Below, piece after piece: positions 44,624-54,822 of a stretch of DNA of 64,000 bases. Below the pieces are notes generated by a model. The model worked only from the letters and a program-made list of their open reading frames with translations. It had not been told where the DNA came from and searched no databases. Every line of letters begins with the position of its first letter. The stretch's first letter is position 1. A program made the translations under genes and the position numbers. This DNA is from Solirubrobacterales bacterium (lineage in GTDB: Bacteria > Actinomycetota > Thermoleophilia > Solirubrobacterales > 70-9), in assembly GCA_025964255.1 (NCBI GenBank), contig JAOPZF010000188.1, positions 3,374 to 67,373 of the forward strand. Reading direction: 5' to 3'.

Positions 44624-45013
44624 ATGAATGGTGTCTTGTCCGGTCGTCACGGGGTGAAGGCGACGATGCTCGTCCTGGCCTTGGCGGCGATGCTCGCAGG
44701 GGGAGTGCTCGCAGGGTGCGGTGGCGCCAACTCGAGCAGCATCGAAAAGAGCGTCAACAAGCAGATCGAAAAGGGCGACGAACTGGCCGAAGAAACGGTC
44801 AAGTCGGTGAGCAAGCAGGCCGAAGCGGCCCTCCAAGAAGCGAAGACGGAAGCGAAGGGCGAAGACTCAAAGCAGGCCGAAGAAGGGATCGAAGAGGCCG
44901 AAAAGGGGATCGAAGAAGGCAAGGAACAGGCGCAGAAGGGGATCGAAGAAGGCAAGGCCCAGGCCAAGAAGGCCGAGGAAGAAGCCAAGAAGCTGATCGA
45001 AGAAGCCGAATAA
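44624..45013 (+). CDS. lipoprotein with Lys/Glu-rich repeats
   Basis: Lipobox LAGC. Repeated (A/E)EKGIEEGK units. The true start may be the internal Met (MLVLALAAM). Confidence 0.6.
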   Translation: MNGVLSGRHGVKATMLVLALAAMLAGGVLAGCGGANSSSIEKSVNKQIEKGDELAEETVKSVSKQAEAALQEAKTEAKGEDSKQAEEGIEEAEKGIEEGKEQAQKGIEEGKAQAKKAEEEAKKLIEEAE

Positions 45014-45041
45014 CCCGGTCCACGAACGCGAGGAGCAGACG

Positions 45042-45383
45042 ATGGGATTCATGGACAAGCTGAAGGGGACCGCCAAGCAGGCGGTCAGCCCCGGCGGGCA
45101 GATGAAGGAACGCGACAAGATCGCGAAGATCAATTCCTCCGGCGTCGACGCCACCGCGACGGTCGATTCGATGGAGGAGGTCGGGTCGCAGCTCGGCGGC
45201 GGCCATCAGATCGACTTCGAGCTGACCGTCCATCCTGCCGACGGCGGCGCCGACTACAGCGTCGCCACCAGCCAGGCGATGCACGAGGTGTCGCTGAAAG
45301 GCATCGAGCAGGGCGGCACGATCGCGGTGAAGATCGACCCTGACAACCCTCAGTCGCTGCTCGTCTGGGGCGCCGCCGGCTGA
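45042..45383 (+). CDS. hypothetical protein
   Basis: Clean coding frame. No motif recognised. Confidence 0.5.
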   Translation: MGFMDKLKGTAKQAVSPGGQMKERDKIAKINSSGVDATATVDSMEEVGSQLGGGHQIDFELTVHPADGGADYSVATSQAMHEVSLKGIEQGGTIAVKIDPDNPQSLLVWGAAG

Positions 45384-45426
45384 GGCAGCACAGCTCCGGT
45401 GGCAGCCGGGGCGCGATGATGGCCGG

Positions 45427-45801
45427 GTGCACCGCGTCGTCGATGCGATGAACGTGATCGGGTCCCGGCCCGACGGATGGTGGCGCGATCGCGAGCGGGC
45501 GATCGCGCGACTCGTCGGCCAGGTCGACCGCTGGGCCGGACACGGTGACGAGCGGGTCACGGTGATGCTCGAGCACGAGCCGCGCGGGGAGGTCGCCGCC
45601 GAGCGGGTCGAGGTCGCCTGGGCACCGGACGGTGGCGCCGACGCCGCCGACCGCGAGATTCTCCGGCGCCTCCCCGACTGGCTGGCCGAGGACGAGGTGG
45701 TCGTCGTCACCTCCGACCGCGATCTGAGGGCCAAGGCCCGCGCCGCCGGTGCTGAAGTGGCTCCCAGTCGCCCCTTCCGGGCCGAGCTCGACGCGCTCTG
45801 A
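45427..45801 (+). CDS. NYN/YacP-like domain protein (putative RNA-binding/nuclease)
   Basis: VVDAMNVIGSRPDGWW... and VVVVTSDRDL pattern typical of YacP-like NYN proteins. Confidence 0.6.
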   Translation: MHRVVDAMNVIGSRPDGWWRDRERAIARLVGQVDRWAGHGDERVTVMLEHEPRGEVAAERVEVAWAPDGGADAADREILRRLPDWLAEDEVVVVTSDRDLRAKARAAGAEVAPSRPFRAELDAL

Positions 45802-45855
45802 TCCGCGGCGAGACCTTGAGGCCATCTTTAGGGCGATCGCGGCACTATTGCGACC

Positions 45856-46815
45856 TTGAGCCGCCGCCGAGCAGAAATCGTGGTGGCTTGGATCGCCGCG
45901 ATCCCGTTCGCGATCTGGGCGGTGATCCGGCTCTTCGGCCTCGACGGCGGCTACCCGCTCGAGGCGATGATGCCGTTCACCCCTTATGTGGGGGCCGCGG
46001 CGGTGGCGGCGTTCGCGCTGGGGCTCGCGCTGCGGAGTCGGGCGCCGGCGGTCCTCGCCGCCGTCGCTGCGCTGGCCCTCGGCGTTTCGGTCTTGCCGCG
46101 GCAGTTTGGTTCCGACACCGTCAGCGCGACCGGGCACCAGACCCTGAACGTGCTTGCCGCCAACGTCCACAGGGGTCACGCCTACCCGACGGGCATCGTC
46201 CACCTCGTCGATGAACTGCATCCGGACGTCCTCACGATCGAGGAGTACACGCCCCGGTTCGGCCGCGAGCTGACGGCGGCCGGGCTCGACTCACGGCTTC
46301 CGCACCACGTCCTCGACGCGGCCAAATCCTCCTCCGGCACCGCGATCTACTCGCGCTTTCCGCTGCGGCGTCTACCGACCGCCTCCTATCGGTTCCTGAT
46401 GGCGCGCGCGGAAGCGAGTCTGCCCGGCGGACGCCGGCTGCGGATCGTCGCAGTGCATCCGTTCCCACCGGTCAACCCGACCGTCACCGGCGAATGGGAA
46501 GAAGCGCTCTCGACGCTGCCGTCGGGTGGGCACGGGACGCCCTGGCTCCTCGCGGGGGACTTCAACGCCACCTTCGACCAGGCTCCCTTCCGCGACCTGG
46601 TCGGTCGCGGCTATCGCGACGCCGGCGAGACCGCGGGCAAGGGCCTCGACGCCACCTTCCCCGCCGACGGCAGCCTCTTCCCGCCGCCGATCACGATCGA
46701 CCACATCCTCGCCGACGAACGCTTCGGGATCGTCAGTTACGAAGTCGAGCCGCTGCCCAATTCCGACCACCACGCGATCTTCGCCGAGCTCGCGCTCCCC
46801 GGCCCCGCCAGGTGA
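45856..46815 (+). CDS. endonuclease/exonuclease/phosphatase (EEP) family membrane-anchored protein
   Basis: N-terminal TM helices. LNVLAANV, LTIEEY, GDFNAT and SDHHAIFAEL motifs. Confidence 0.8.
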   Translation: MSRRRAEIVVAWIAAIPFAIWAVIRLFGLDGGYPLEAMMPFTPYVGAAAVAAFALGLALRSRAPAVLAAVAALALGVSVLPRQFGSDTVSATGHQTLNVLAANVHRGHAYPTGIVHLVDELHPDVLTIEEYTPRFGRELTAAGLDSRLPHHVLDAAKSSSGTAIYSRFPLRRLPTASYRFLMARAEASLPGGRRLRIVAVHPFPPVNPTVTGEWEEALSTLPSGGHGTPWLLAGDFNATFDQAPFRDLVGRGYRDAGETAGKGLDATFPADGSLFPPPITIDHILADERFGIVSYEVEPLPNSDHHAIFAELALPGPAR

Positions 46816-46854
46816 GTTCGCAGAAACGGCCGCATAGCGAAGGAAACTGCGAAC

Positions 46855-47862
46855 TCACCGGGGGAGGGGAGCGGGGCGCCTCAGCCAGCCCGCCTCCGAC
46901 ACCGCCAGGATCGCCAGCAGCACGGCGACGCCGATCGTCAGGGCCAGCGCCGACATGTCGCCGCCGAGCAGGCCGAGGACGACGAGCGCGACGACGCAGG
47001 CCAGCCGCTTGCGGGCCAGCCGACCGATCATCCGCAGCCGCACCATGCTCTCGCCGAGCAGGTAGACGGCGGGTCCGGCGGTCGCCATCACGACCCCCGT
47101 GGTGGTGAGAGGCTCACTCGGATGGGCGACGAGCAGGTCGTCGGCGATCGCGACCATGATGATCCCGGCGATGATCGGCAGGTGCAGGTAGGTGTAGGCG
47201 TCGCGGGCGAGGCTGCCCGGGTCGTCGGACTCGGCGATCGTGCGCATCGAGCCTTTGGCCATCTCGCCGAAGTAGAGCCAGAAGAGGGCGCCGGTGACGA
47301 AGAACGCGACCCCGAGTGCGAGGACGCTGGAGGCGGTCAGTCCGCGTGAGCTGGCGGTGGCGCCGGTGATCACGATCGACTCGCCGAGGGCGATGATCAC
47401 GAAGGACTGGAAGCGCTCGGCGAAGTGGGCGCCCTCGACGTCCCAGTCGGCGGTCCGCGAGTGGCCGAGGCCGGGGGTGACGTAGCCGATCAGCGGCGCC
47501 ACCACGTCGATCGCCAACGCCGCTCCCCAGATCCACGGGCGGGCCGACTCGTCGACGGCGGCGCCGGCGAGCCACAAGGGGGCAGAGAGGCAGGCCCAGG
47601 CGATCAGTCGCTGGAAGACGCGGCGGAGGTGGTGGTCCCTCTCGATCAGCGTCACCGCGGCGACGTTGCGGCCGACCTGCATGAACACGTAGGCGCCGGC
47701 GAAGAGCCAGGCCTCGCTGCCGAACGCGGTCGGGATCGCCGCCGACATCAGCAGGCTGGCGAGGGTCACGCAGGCGAGGATCAGCCGCACCTTGTTCGAG
47801 CCGGGGTCGAACCAGTTGACCAACCAGGTCACGTAGACCCAGGCCCACCAGACGACCAGCAA
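46855..47862 (-). CDS. low-temperature-requirement protein A (LtrA)-like membrane protein; reading frame stays open upstream to 48066
   Basis: Multi-TM protein. The upstream in-frame codons encode the conserved LtrA N-terminus (TPTELFFDLVYVFAVTQISH) but contain no ATG, GTG or TTG. Confidence 0.7.
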   Translation of the reverse strand: MLVVWWAWVYVTWLVNWFDPGSNKVRLILACVTLASLLMSAAIPTAFGSEAWLFAGAYVFMQVGRNVAAVTLIERDHHLRRVFQRLIAWACLSAPLWLAGAAVDESARPWIWGAALAIDVVAPLIGYVTPGLGHSRTADWDVEGAHFAERFQSFVIIALGESIVITGATASSRGLTASSVLALGVAFFVTGALFWLYFGEMAKGSMRTIAESDDPGSLARDAYTYLHLPIIAGIIMVAIADDLLVAHPSEPLTTTGVVMATAGPAVYLLGESMVRLRMIGRLARKRLACVVALVVLGLLGGDMSALALTIGVAVLLAILAVSEAGWLRRPAPLPR

Positions 47863-48097
47863 GATGAACGCCGCCTGCGCGATCGACGCCCGCGAGAGGT
47901 CGGCGTCGATGACCAGATGGGAGATCTGGGTGACGGCGAAGACGTAGACGAGGTCGAAGAAGAGCTCGGTCGGCGTCGTCTCCTGGCGACTGCCGTCGCG
48001 TGGCCGCAGGTGCCTGGCGCGCGCGGTCGATGGTGACTGTCCGACCGTGGCGGAGATCTGCCGATCCTACGGGGTGCCCCTTCGACGAGGGCTTGGG

Positions 48098-48985
48098 TCA
48101 AGCTCCGCCGGCGGTAAGGACGGTCTCCAAGTTCTGGCGGTGGATGGCCTCGTAGGGCTCGAAGTATTGGAGCGACCCGGACGCGAGCGAGTCGGCGATC
48201 AGCTCGCACAATGGCACCTCGCGCAGCTCCGGCTCGCTCGCCATACGTTGCAGGAGGCGGATGTAGGACTGCGTCGCCTCGTTCAGCCCGGGCGGGTAGC
48301 CACCGCCGGCGATCCGATCGGGGTCGCCGTGGGCGGGGAGGATGCGGTCCGGGTCGAGCTCGCGCAGGCGCTCCAGGTCACGGAGGTGGGCATCGAATTG
48401 GTCCGGCTCGCCGACGTAGGTGACGGTGTCCTCCATCGTGTCCCCGCAGAGAAGGAGGCGGCGCTCGGGGAGCCAGAGCACGGTCGCGTCGTCGCTGTGG
48501 ACGTTGACCGCGATCAGCTCGACCGCCTCGCCGCCGACGCTGAGCGTCTCGCGCTCGGCGAAGGTTCGTGTCGGCATCACCAGAGGGGAGATCGCCGGCG
48601 GTCCCTCGAGCGTCCCGTCTTCGATCGCCGCCCGCTTCTCCCGCAGATGCTCCGCCGTGCGCTCGTTCGAGATCACCGGCGAGTCGACGAACGCTTCGGT
48701 CCCGGCGACGTGGTCGAGGTGCCAGTGACTGAGGACGACGGTGAAACGGCTGACACCACGCCGACCGAGCTCCTCGCGGATCAGCCGTCCGTGCGCAGGC
48801 GTGGTGCCGGTGTCGTAGACGAGCGCCTCCTCGCCGTCAACAATCGCGTAGCTCGCGATGCCCAACCCGAGCGCGCCATCGTCGACCCAGTTCGGTTTCG
48901 CGTCGAACCGATAGCCCTCGACCCGCCCGTCGTAGAAGGCGAGGAGCCCCGGCCCCGGTTCGAGCACCCGCAGGTGATCGGTCAT
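48098..48985 (-). CDS. MBL-fold metallo-hydrolase
   Basis: VVLSHWHLDHVAG (HxHxDH) motif. Confidence 0.85.
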   Translation of the reverse strand: MTDHLRVLEPGPGLLAFYDGRVEGYRFDAKPNWVDDGALGLGIASYAIVDGEEALVYDTGTTPAHGRLIREELGRRGVSRFTVVLSHWHLDHVAGTEAFVDSPVISNERTAEHLREKRAAIEDGTLEGPPAISPLVMPTRTFAERETLSVGGEAVELIAVNVHSDDATVLWLPERRLLLCGDTMEDTVTYVGEPDQFDAHLRDLERLRELDPDRILPAHGDPDRIAGGGYPPGLNEATQSYIRLLQRMASEPELREVPLCELIADSLASGSLQYFEPYEAIHRQNLETVLTAGGA

Positions 48986-49125
48986 CGCCCCGATCCTAGG
49001 GCGCCCCGTGCCGTTCGCTGTTTGTCCCCCTACAGAGGGACAAGCGACGAAGGGCAGGTCGCGGCGCTACTCGGCGAGAGCGGCGGTGACGCCGCGGTCG
49101 AGCCAGATCAGGTCCGAGCCGAGGA

Positions 49126-49794
49126 TCATGAGGTTGGCGCCGGCGTCGCGCTGCCCCAGATCAGCGGCTTGACGATCCCCGGCATGCCCCGCCAGGCGCC
49201 GTGCTCGACCGACTCGATCCGCATCCGGGCCTCGATCGTCGCGAGAGTGTCGCGGTCGCACCGGCAGCCGTCGGCGAACCCCGCCCAGGGGCGCGCCGCC
49301 CGTCGCTGCAGCGTCCGCCGCAAGCCCGGGTCGGCGCGCACGTGCTCGAGGAAGAGCAGGCGCCCTCCCGGACGCAGCACCCGCGCCGCCTCGGCCACCG
49401 CTCGGCGCGGGTCGGCGACGGTGCAGAGGACGAGGGTCGAGACGACGGTGTCGAAGCTCGCGTCGGCGAACGGGAGGTACTCGGCCGGAGCCCGCACCAG
49501 ATCCGTCGGCACTCCGGCCGGGGCGCGGCCAAGGTCGATGTGGCCGCCCATCCGCTCGCCCGGCTCGGCCAGGACGATGCGATCGAGGTCGGCCGGATAG
49601 TGGGGGAGGTTGAGGCCGGTGCCGGCGCCGATCTCGAGCACCGCGCCGCGGGCGCCGGCGAGCAGGTCCCGCCGCAGCCTCGCCATCCCGCGCTTCTCGC
49701 CGAACCAGAGGAAGCGGTCGTAGAGGGCGGCGCCGAGGCGGCTGTCGATCACTTCGACGGGCGGGTGCGTGTGGGGGGCTTCGATGGTCTGCAT
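49126..49794 (-). CDS. class I SAM-dependent methyltransferase
   Basis: Motif I VLEIGAGTGLNL and motif post-I/II FDTVVSTLVLC..LRPGGRLLFLEH. Confidence 0.85.
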   Translation of the reverse strand: MQTIEAPHTHPPVEVIDSRLGAALYDRFLWFGEKRGMARLRRDLLAGARGAVLEIGAGTGLNLPHYPADLDRIVLAEPGERMGGHIDLGRAPAGVPTDLVRAPAEYLPFADASFDTVVSTLVLCTVADPRRAVAEAARVLRPGGRLLFLEHVRADPGLRRTLQRRAARPWAGFADGCRCDRDTLATIEARMRIESVEHGAWRGMPGIVKPLIWGSATPAPTS

Positions 49795-49890
49795 GGCACC
49801 TATTCCACCGACGTCGGGACCGCCTGACTTCGCCCATCCGGGCCATCTCGGTGGCCGGTTCGGGCCATTTCGGTGCTCTAGCCTTGCCCT

Positions 49891-50952
49891 GTGGAAGAGC
49901 AGGCGATCCGCTTCACCATCGCGGGAGGGCGTCGGATCGCCTGGGCGAGCAGCGGCTCGGGGCCGCCGCTGGTGCTCTCCGGATGGTGGATGGCGAACCT
50001 CGAGCTGAACTGGCGCGAGCCCCGCTTCCGCGCCTTCGTCGAAGCGCAAGGCCGGCATCGGACCGTGATCCGCTACGACCCGCCCGGGACCGGCCTCTCG
50101 GTCGATGGCGCCGCGCGGGTCGCCGACCTCGACGTGGAAGCCGGGGCGCTCGGCGCCGTGGTCGAGGTGGCGGGCGGCGGCCCGGTCGATCTCTTCGCCG
50201 GCTCCTCCGGCGCCCCGGTCGGGATCGCCTACGCGGCCGACCACCCGGACCGGGTCGGGCGACTGGTGCTCTACGGCGGCTACGCCTGCGGCTCGGAGAT
50301 CGCCGACGAGCGTTCTCGCCGGGCGATCGTCGGCCTGGTCCGCGAGCACTGGGGCCTCGGATCCCGCGCCCTCGCCGATGTCTTCATGCCCGGTGCCTCG
50401 GCGCCGGAGCGCGAGCGATTCGTCGAGTTCCAGCGCCAGGCGGCCGGCGCCGACGAGGCCGCCGCCTCGCTCGAGGCGATCTACGGCTTCGACGTCTCGG
50501 AGCGCCTCGCCGACGTACGCCCGGGGGCGATCGTCCTGCATCGCCGCGAGGACCGCGCGATCCCGTTCGGGCTGGGCCAGAACCTCGCCGCCGCGCTCCC
50601 CCACGCGACCTTCGTCGCGCTCGACGGCGACGATCACTTCCCCTGGTTCGGCGACTCCGATCAGTTCCTGGCCGTCGCCTTCGAGGCACTCGGGATCGAG
50701 GAGCGACCCTCGCCCGCGCCGCGCACGCGGCCCGCGCCGGGGACGACGCCGACCGCCGCCGGCGACCTCACCGCACGCGAGACCGAGATCCTGACCCTGG
50801 TCGCAACCGGCCTCTCCGACCGCGAGATCGCGGAGCGCCTGGTCCTGAGCCCCCATACCGTCCATCGCCACGTCGCCAACGTCCGAACCAAGCTCGGCCT
50901 GCCCACCCGCGCCGCGGCGGTCGCCGCAGCCACCCAGCGCGGCCTGCTCTAG
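49891..50952 (+). CDS. alpha/beta-hydrolase-fold domain fused to a LuxR-type HTH (transcriptional regulator)
   Basis: C-terminal LTARETEILTLVATGLSDREIAERLVLSPHTVHRHVANVRTKLG. N-terminal alpha/beta-hydrolase-like region. Confidence 0.75.
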   Translation: MEEQAIRFTIAGGRRIAWASSGSGPPLVLSGWWMANLELNWREPRFRAFVEAQGRHRTVIRYDPPGTGLSVDGAARVADLDVEAGALGAVVEVAGGGPVDLFAGSSGAPVGIAYAADHPDRVGRLVLYGGYACGSEIADERSRRAIVGLVREHWGLGSRALADVFMPGASAPERERFVEFQRQAAGADEAAASLEAIYGFDVSERLADVRPGAIVLHRREDRAIPFGLGQNLAAALPHATFVALDGDDHFPWFGDSDQFLAVAFEALGIEERPSPAPRTRPAPGTTPTAAGDLTARETEILTLVATGLSDREIAERLVLSPHTVHRHVANVRTKLGLPTRAAAVAAATQRGLL

Positions 50953-50999
50953 GTTCATGATCAGGGGATGAGGACGAGCTTTTTCAACGGGGGATTGCG

Positions 51000-52532
51000 A
51001 TGACGGTCGAACTGACCGAGGTCGGGCTCTCGCGCGACGAGGTCGTAGCGGTCGCTCGTGGCGGAGATGAGGTGAGCGTCGGTCCGGCGGCGGTGACGGC
51101 GATGGAGCGGGGGGCCGCGATCGTCGCCGAGCATGTCGCTTCGGATGAGCCCGTATATGGAGTGTCGACCGGGTTTGGGGCGCTCGCCAATACTTCGATC
51201 CCTCCGGAGAAGCGGGCGTTGATGCAGAAGTCGCTGGTGCGGTCGCACGCGGCGGGGATGGGGCCGGAGGTGGAGACCGAGGTCGTGCGGGCGATGATGG
51301 TGTTGCGGGCACGGTCGCTTTCGATGGGCTACTCGGGGGTGCGGCCACTCGTCGCCGAGGGGATCGTCGGGCTGCTCAATGCATCGCTGACTCCCGTCGT
51401 GCCGGAGTACGGGTCGCTCGGGGCAAGTGGGGACTTGGCGCCGCTCGCTCACGCGGCGCTCCCGCTGCTCGGCGAGGGGGTCGTTCGCGACAGCTCCGGG
51501 GAGTTGCTTGACGCGGGCGATGCGCTCGCCGCCGCCGGGCTCGCGCCGATCGAGCTGATGGCGAAGGAGGGGCTCGCACTGATCAACGGGACCGACGGGA
51601 TCCTCGGGATGCTGGTGCTCGCGCTGCGGGACTTCGGGTTGCTCCTCAAGGCCGCCGACCTCTCGGCCGCGCTCAGCGTCGAGGCCCTGCTCGGCACCGA
51701 CCGCGCCTTCGCCGAGGACCTCGTCGCGCTGCGCCCGCAGCCCGGCCAGCAGGTCAGCGCGGCGAATCTGCGCCGCCTGCTCGCCGACTCCGCCGTCGTC
51801 GCCAGCCACCGTTTCGGCGACACGCGGGTACAGGATGCCTACTCGCTGCGCTGCGCGCCACAGGTCAACGGCGCCGCCCGCGACGCGCTCGACCACGCCA
51901 GGCGGACCGCCGACTACGAGCTCGAATCGGCGATCGACAACCCGATGGTGATGCCCGACGGGCGGGTCGAATCGTGCGGGAACTTCCACGGCGCGCCGCT
52001 CGGGCTCGCCTGCGACCTGCTCGCGATCGCCTCCGCCGACGTCGGCGCGATCGCCGAGCGGCGCACCGACCGGCTGCTCGACAAAGTCCGCTCCGAGGGC
52101 CTGCCGCCGTTCCTCGCCGACGACGCCGGGGTCAACTCGGGGCTGATGATCGGCCACTACACGCAGGCGGCGATGGTCGCCGAGAACCGCCGGCTCGCGG
52201 TCCCGGCCAGCTCCGACACGCTCTCGACCAGCGCCTCGCAGGAGGACCACGTGTCGATGGCCTGGGGCGCCGCCCGCAAGCTGCGCACCTCGCTGGCGAA
52301 CCTGCGCCGCATCCTCGCGGTCGAGATCACCTGCGGCGTTCGCGGGCTGGAGCTGCGCGAGCCGCTCGCCCCCGCCCCCGGCACCGCCGCCGCCCGCGAC
52401 CGCCTGCGCGTCGACGTCCCCGGCTTCGGCGCTGACCGCTGGCTCTCGCCGGAGCTCGCCGCCGCGGAGGAGCTGGTCGGGTCCGGGGCGCTGGTCGCCG
52501 CGGTCGAGGAGAAGATCGGGGAGCTCGAATGA
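51000..52532 (+). CDS. hutH: histidine ammonia-lyase
   Basis: MIO-forming [14 protein letters not shown] motif. Overall HAL/PAL family pattern. Confidence 0.95.
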   Translation: MTVELTEVGLSRDEVVAVARGGDEVSVGPAAVTAMERGAAIVAEHVASDEPVYGVSTGFGALANTSIPPEKRALMQKSLVRSHAAGMGPEVETEVVRAMMVLRARSLSMGYSGVRPLVAEGIVGLLNASLTPVVPEYGSLGASGDLAPLAHAALPLLGEGVVRDSSGELLDAGDALAAAGLAPIELMAKEGLALINGTDGILGMLVLALRDFGLLLKAADLSAALSVEALLGTDRAFAEDLVALRPQPGQQVSAANLRRLLADSAVVASHRFGDTRVQDAYSLRCAPQVNGAARDALDHARRTADYELESAIDNPMVMPDGRVESCGNFHGAPLGLACDLLAIASADVGAIAERRTDRLLDKVRSEGLPPFLADDAGVNSGLMIGHYTQAAMVAENRRLAVPASSDTLSTSASQEDHVSMAWGAARKLRTSLANLRRILAVEITCGVRGLELREPLAPAPGTAAARDRLRVDVPGFGADRWLSPELAAAEELVGSGALVAAVEEKIGELE

Positions 52533-52560
52533 ACGCCGGTCCCGAAATCGGAGGTATGAA

Positions 52561-54216
52561 GTGAGCCGCGAGATCCACGCGCCGCACGGGTCGCAGCTGT
52601 CCTGCAAGGGCTGGCCGCAGGAGGCCGCGATGCGGATGCTGATGAACAACCTCGACCCGGCCGTCGCCGAGCGCCCCGAGGACCTCGTCGTCTACGGCGG
52701 CACCGGCCGCGCGGCGCGCTCCTGGGAGGCCTACGACGCGATCATCCGCTCGCTCAAGACGCTCGAGGGCGACGAGACGCTGCTCGTCCAGTCGGGCAAG
52801 CCGGTCGGCGTGATGCGCACCCACGAGTGGTCGCCGCGCGTGCTGATCGCCAACTCGAACCTGGTCGGCGACTGGGACAACTGGGACGAGTTCCGCAAGC
52901 TCGAAGCCGAGGGGCTGACGATGTACGGGCAGATGACCGCCGGCTCCTGGATCTACATCGGCAGCCAGGGCATCGTCCAGGGGACCTACGAGTGCTTCGC
53001 TGAGATCGCGCGGCGGCGCCACGGCGGTTCGCTGGCCGGGACGATCACCGTCACCGCCGGGCTCGGCGGCATGGGCGGCGCGCAGCCGCTGGCGATCACG
53101 ATGAACGGCGGCGTCGCGCTCTGCGTCGAGGTAGACCGCGAGCGAATCGCCCGCCGTCTGGAGACCGGCTACCTCGACAAGGAAGCCGACGATCTCGAGG
53201 ACGCGATCCGCCGCTGCATGGAGGCGAAGCGGGACGGCCGCGCGCTCAGCGTCGGCCTCTGTGCCAACGCCGTCGACGCCCTGCCCGCCCTGCTGGCCCG
53301 CAACTTCGAGGCTGACATCGTCACCGACCAGACCAGCGCCCACGACCCGCTGAACGGCTACGTGCCGAACCTGATGAGCCTGGAGGAGGCCGACCGGCTG
53401 CGGGTCGACGATCCCGGCGAGTACGTCAAACGTTCGCGCGCGGCGATCGCGGCGCACTGCGCGGCGATGGTCGAATTCCTCGACCGCGGCGCCGAGGTAT
53501 TCGACTACGGCAACAGCCTCCGCGCCGAGGCGCGGCTGGGCGGCTTCGAGCGCGCCTTCGACTACCCCGGCTTCGTCCCCGCCTACGTGCGGCCACTGTT
53601 CTGCGAGGGCAAAGGGCCGTTCCGCTGGGTCGCGCTGTCCGGGGACCCGGCCGACATCGCCGCCACCGACGCCGCGGTGCTCGACGAGCTCGCCGGCGAC
53701 GAGGCGCTCGAACGCTGGATCCGCCTGGCGGGCGAGCGCATCGCCTTCCAGGGATTGCCGGCGCGGATCTGCTGGGCGGGGTACGGCGAGCGCCACCGGC
53801 TCGGGCTGCGCTTCAACGAGATGGTGCGGAGCGGCGAGCTGAAGGGCCCGATCGTGATCGGCCGCGACCACCTCGACTCGGGCTCGGTTGCCTCTCCATA
53901 TAGAGAGACCGAGGCGATGGCCGACGGCTCCGACGCGATCGCCGACTGGCCGCTCCTGAACGCGCTCGTCAACACCAGCTGCGGCGCCTCCTGGGTGTCG
54001 ATCCACGACGGCGGCGGCGTCGGCATCGGCCGCTCCGTCCATGCCGGGATGGTCTGCGTCGCCGACGGCACCGACCTCGCCGCGGAAAAGCTCGAACGGG
54101 TCCTGCAGGCAGACCCCGGGATGGGCGTGATCCGCCACGCCGACGCGGGCTACGACCGCGCGATCGAGGTCGCCGCCGAGCGCGGCGTGCGGGTGCCGAT
54201 GCGCGAGGGCGAGTAG
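52561..54216 (+). CDS. hutU: urocanate hydratase
   Basis: [31 protein letters not shown] and [12 protein letters not shown] motifs. Confidence 0.95.
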   Translation: MSREIHAPHGSQLSCKGWPQEAAMRMLMNNLDPAVAERPEDLVVYGGTGRAARSWEAYDAIIRSLKTLEGDETLLVQSGKPVGVMRTHEWSPRVLIANSNLVGDWDNWDEFRKLEAEGLTMYGQMTAGSWIYIGSQGIVQGTYECFAEIARRRHGGSLAGTITVTAGLGGMGGAQPLAITMNGGVALCVEVDRERIARRLETGYLDKEADDLEDAIRRCMEAKRDGRALSVGLCANAVDALPALLARNFEADIVTDQTSAHDPLNGYVPNLMSLEEADRLRVDDPGEYVKRSRAAIAAHCAAMVEFLDRGAEVFDYGNSLRAEARLGGFERAFDYPGFVPAYVRPLFCEGKGPFRWVALSGDPADIAATDAAVLDELAGDEALERWIRLAGERIAFQGLPARICWAGYGERHRLGLRFNEMVRSGELKGPIVIGRDHLDSGSVASPYRETEAMADGSDAIADWPLLNALVNTSCGASWVSIHDGGGVGIGRSVHAGMVCVADGTDLAAEKLERVLQADPGMGVIRHADAGYDRAIEVAAERGVRVPMREGE

Positions 54217-54219
54217 CCG

Positions 54220-54798
54220 GTGGCGGTGCTCGAGATCCGTGAGATGGGGGACCCGGTGCTGCGCGAACGTGCGGCCGAGGTGAGCGCCGAGGAGCTGGCG
54301 AGCGCCGAGACGCAGCGACTGATCGAGGACATGATCGAGACGATGCGGGCGGCGAACGGGGCCGGGCTGGCGGCGCCGCAGGTCGGCGTGGCGAAGCGGA
54401 TCGCGGTGATCGAGGTGCGCGAGGGCAATCCCCGCTACCCCTACAAGCCGCTGATCCCGCTGACCGTGATCGTCAATCCCGAGCTGACACCGCTCGACGA
54501 TGCGACCTTCGCCACCAACGAGGGGTGCCTGTCGATGCCGAATGTGCGCGGCGACCTCGAACGCTTCGAGAACGTCGGGGTGCGCTACCTCGACCGCGAC
54601 GGCACCCCGCACGAGTCGACGCGGCGCGGCCTCACCGCCGGCACCTTCCAGCACGAGGTCGACCACCTCGACGGGATCCTCTTCGTCGACCGGATGGCCG
54701 ACATGTCGAGCCTCTCGACCTGGGCCGAGTTCGAGCGCCACGGCAAGGACGAGTTTGTCGCCCGCGTCGAAGCACTGGTCGAGCGGGTCGGCTCGTGA
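54220..54798 (+). CDS. def: peptide deformylase family protein embedded in the hut operon
   Basis: All three PDF motifs are intact: GAGLAAPQVG, EGCLSMP, QHEVDHLDG. GTG start 3 nt after the hutU stop. Confidence 0.85.
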   Translation: MAVLEIREMGDPVLRERAAEVSAEELASAETQRLIEDMIETMRAANGAGLAAPQVGVAKRIAVIEVREGNPRYPYKPLIPLTVIVNPELTPLDDATFATNEGCLSMPNVRGDLERFENVGVRYLDRDGTPHESTRRGLTAGTFQHEVDHLDGILFVDRMADMSSLSTWAEFERHGKDEFVARVEALVERVGS

Positions 54799-54822
54799 GG
54801 TCTTGTTAATGAGGATGGGTTC

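Noticed and set aside
44840-44990. Short tandem repeats (gaagaaggcaagg / aaggggatcgaaga units) considered as a possible CRISPR or VNTR.
   Set aside because: They are in frame within the lipoprotein gene and encode KGIEEGK repeats. There is no spacer-repeat architecture, and no CRISPR array anywhere in the window.
49126-51348. 740-aa minus-strand ORF.
   Set aside because: Only its last 222 codons (49126..49794, the SAM methyltransferase) are credible. Upstream it runs antisense to the alpha/beta-hydrolase-LuxR gene and hutH.
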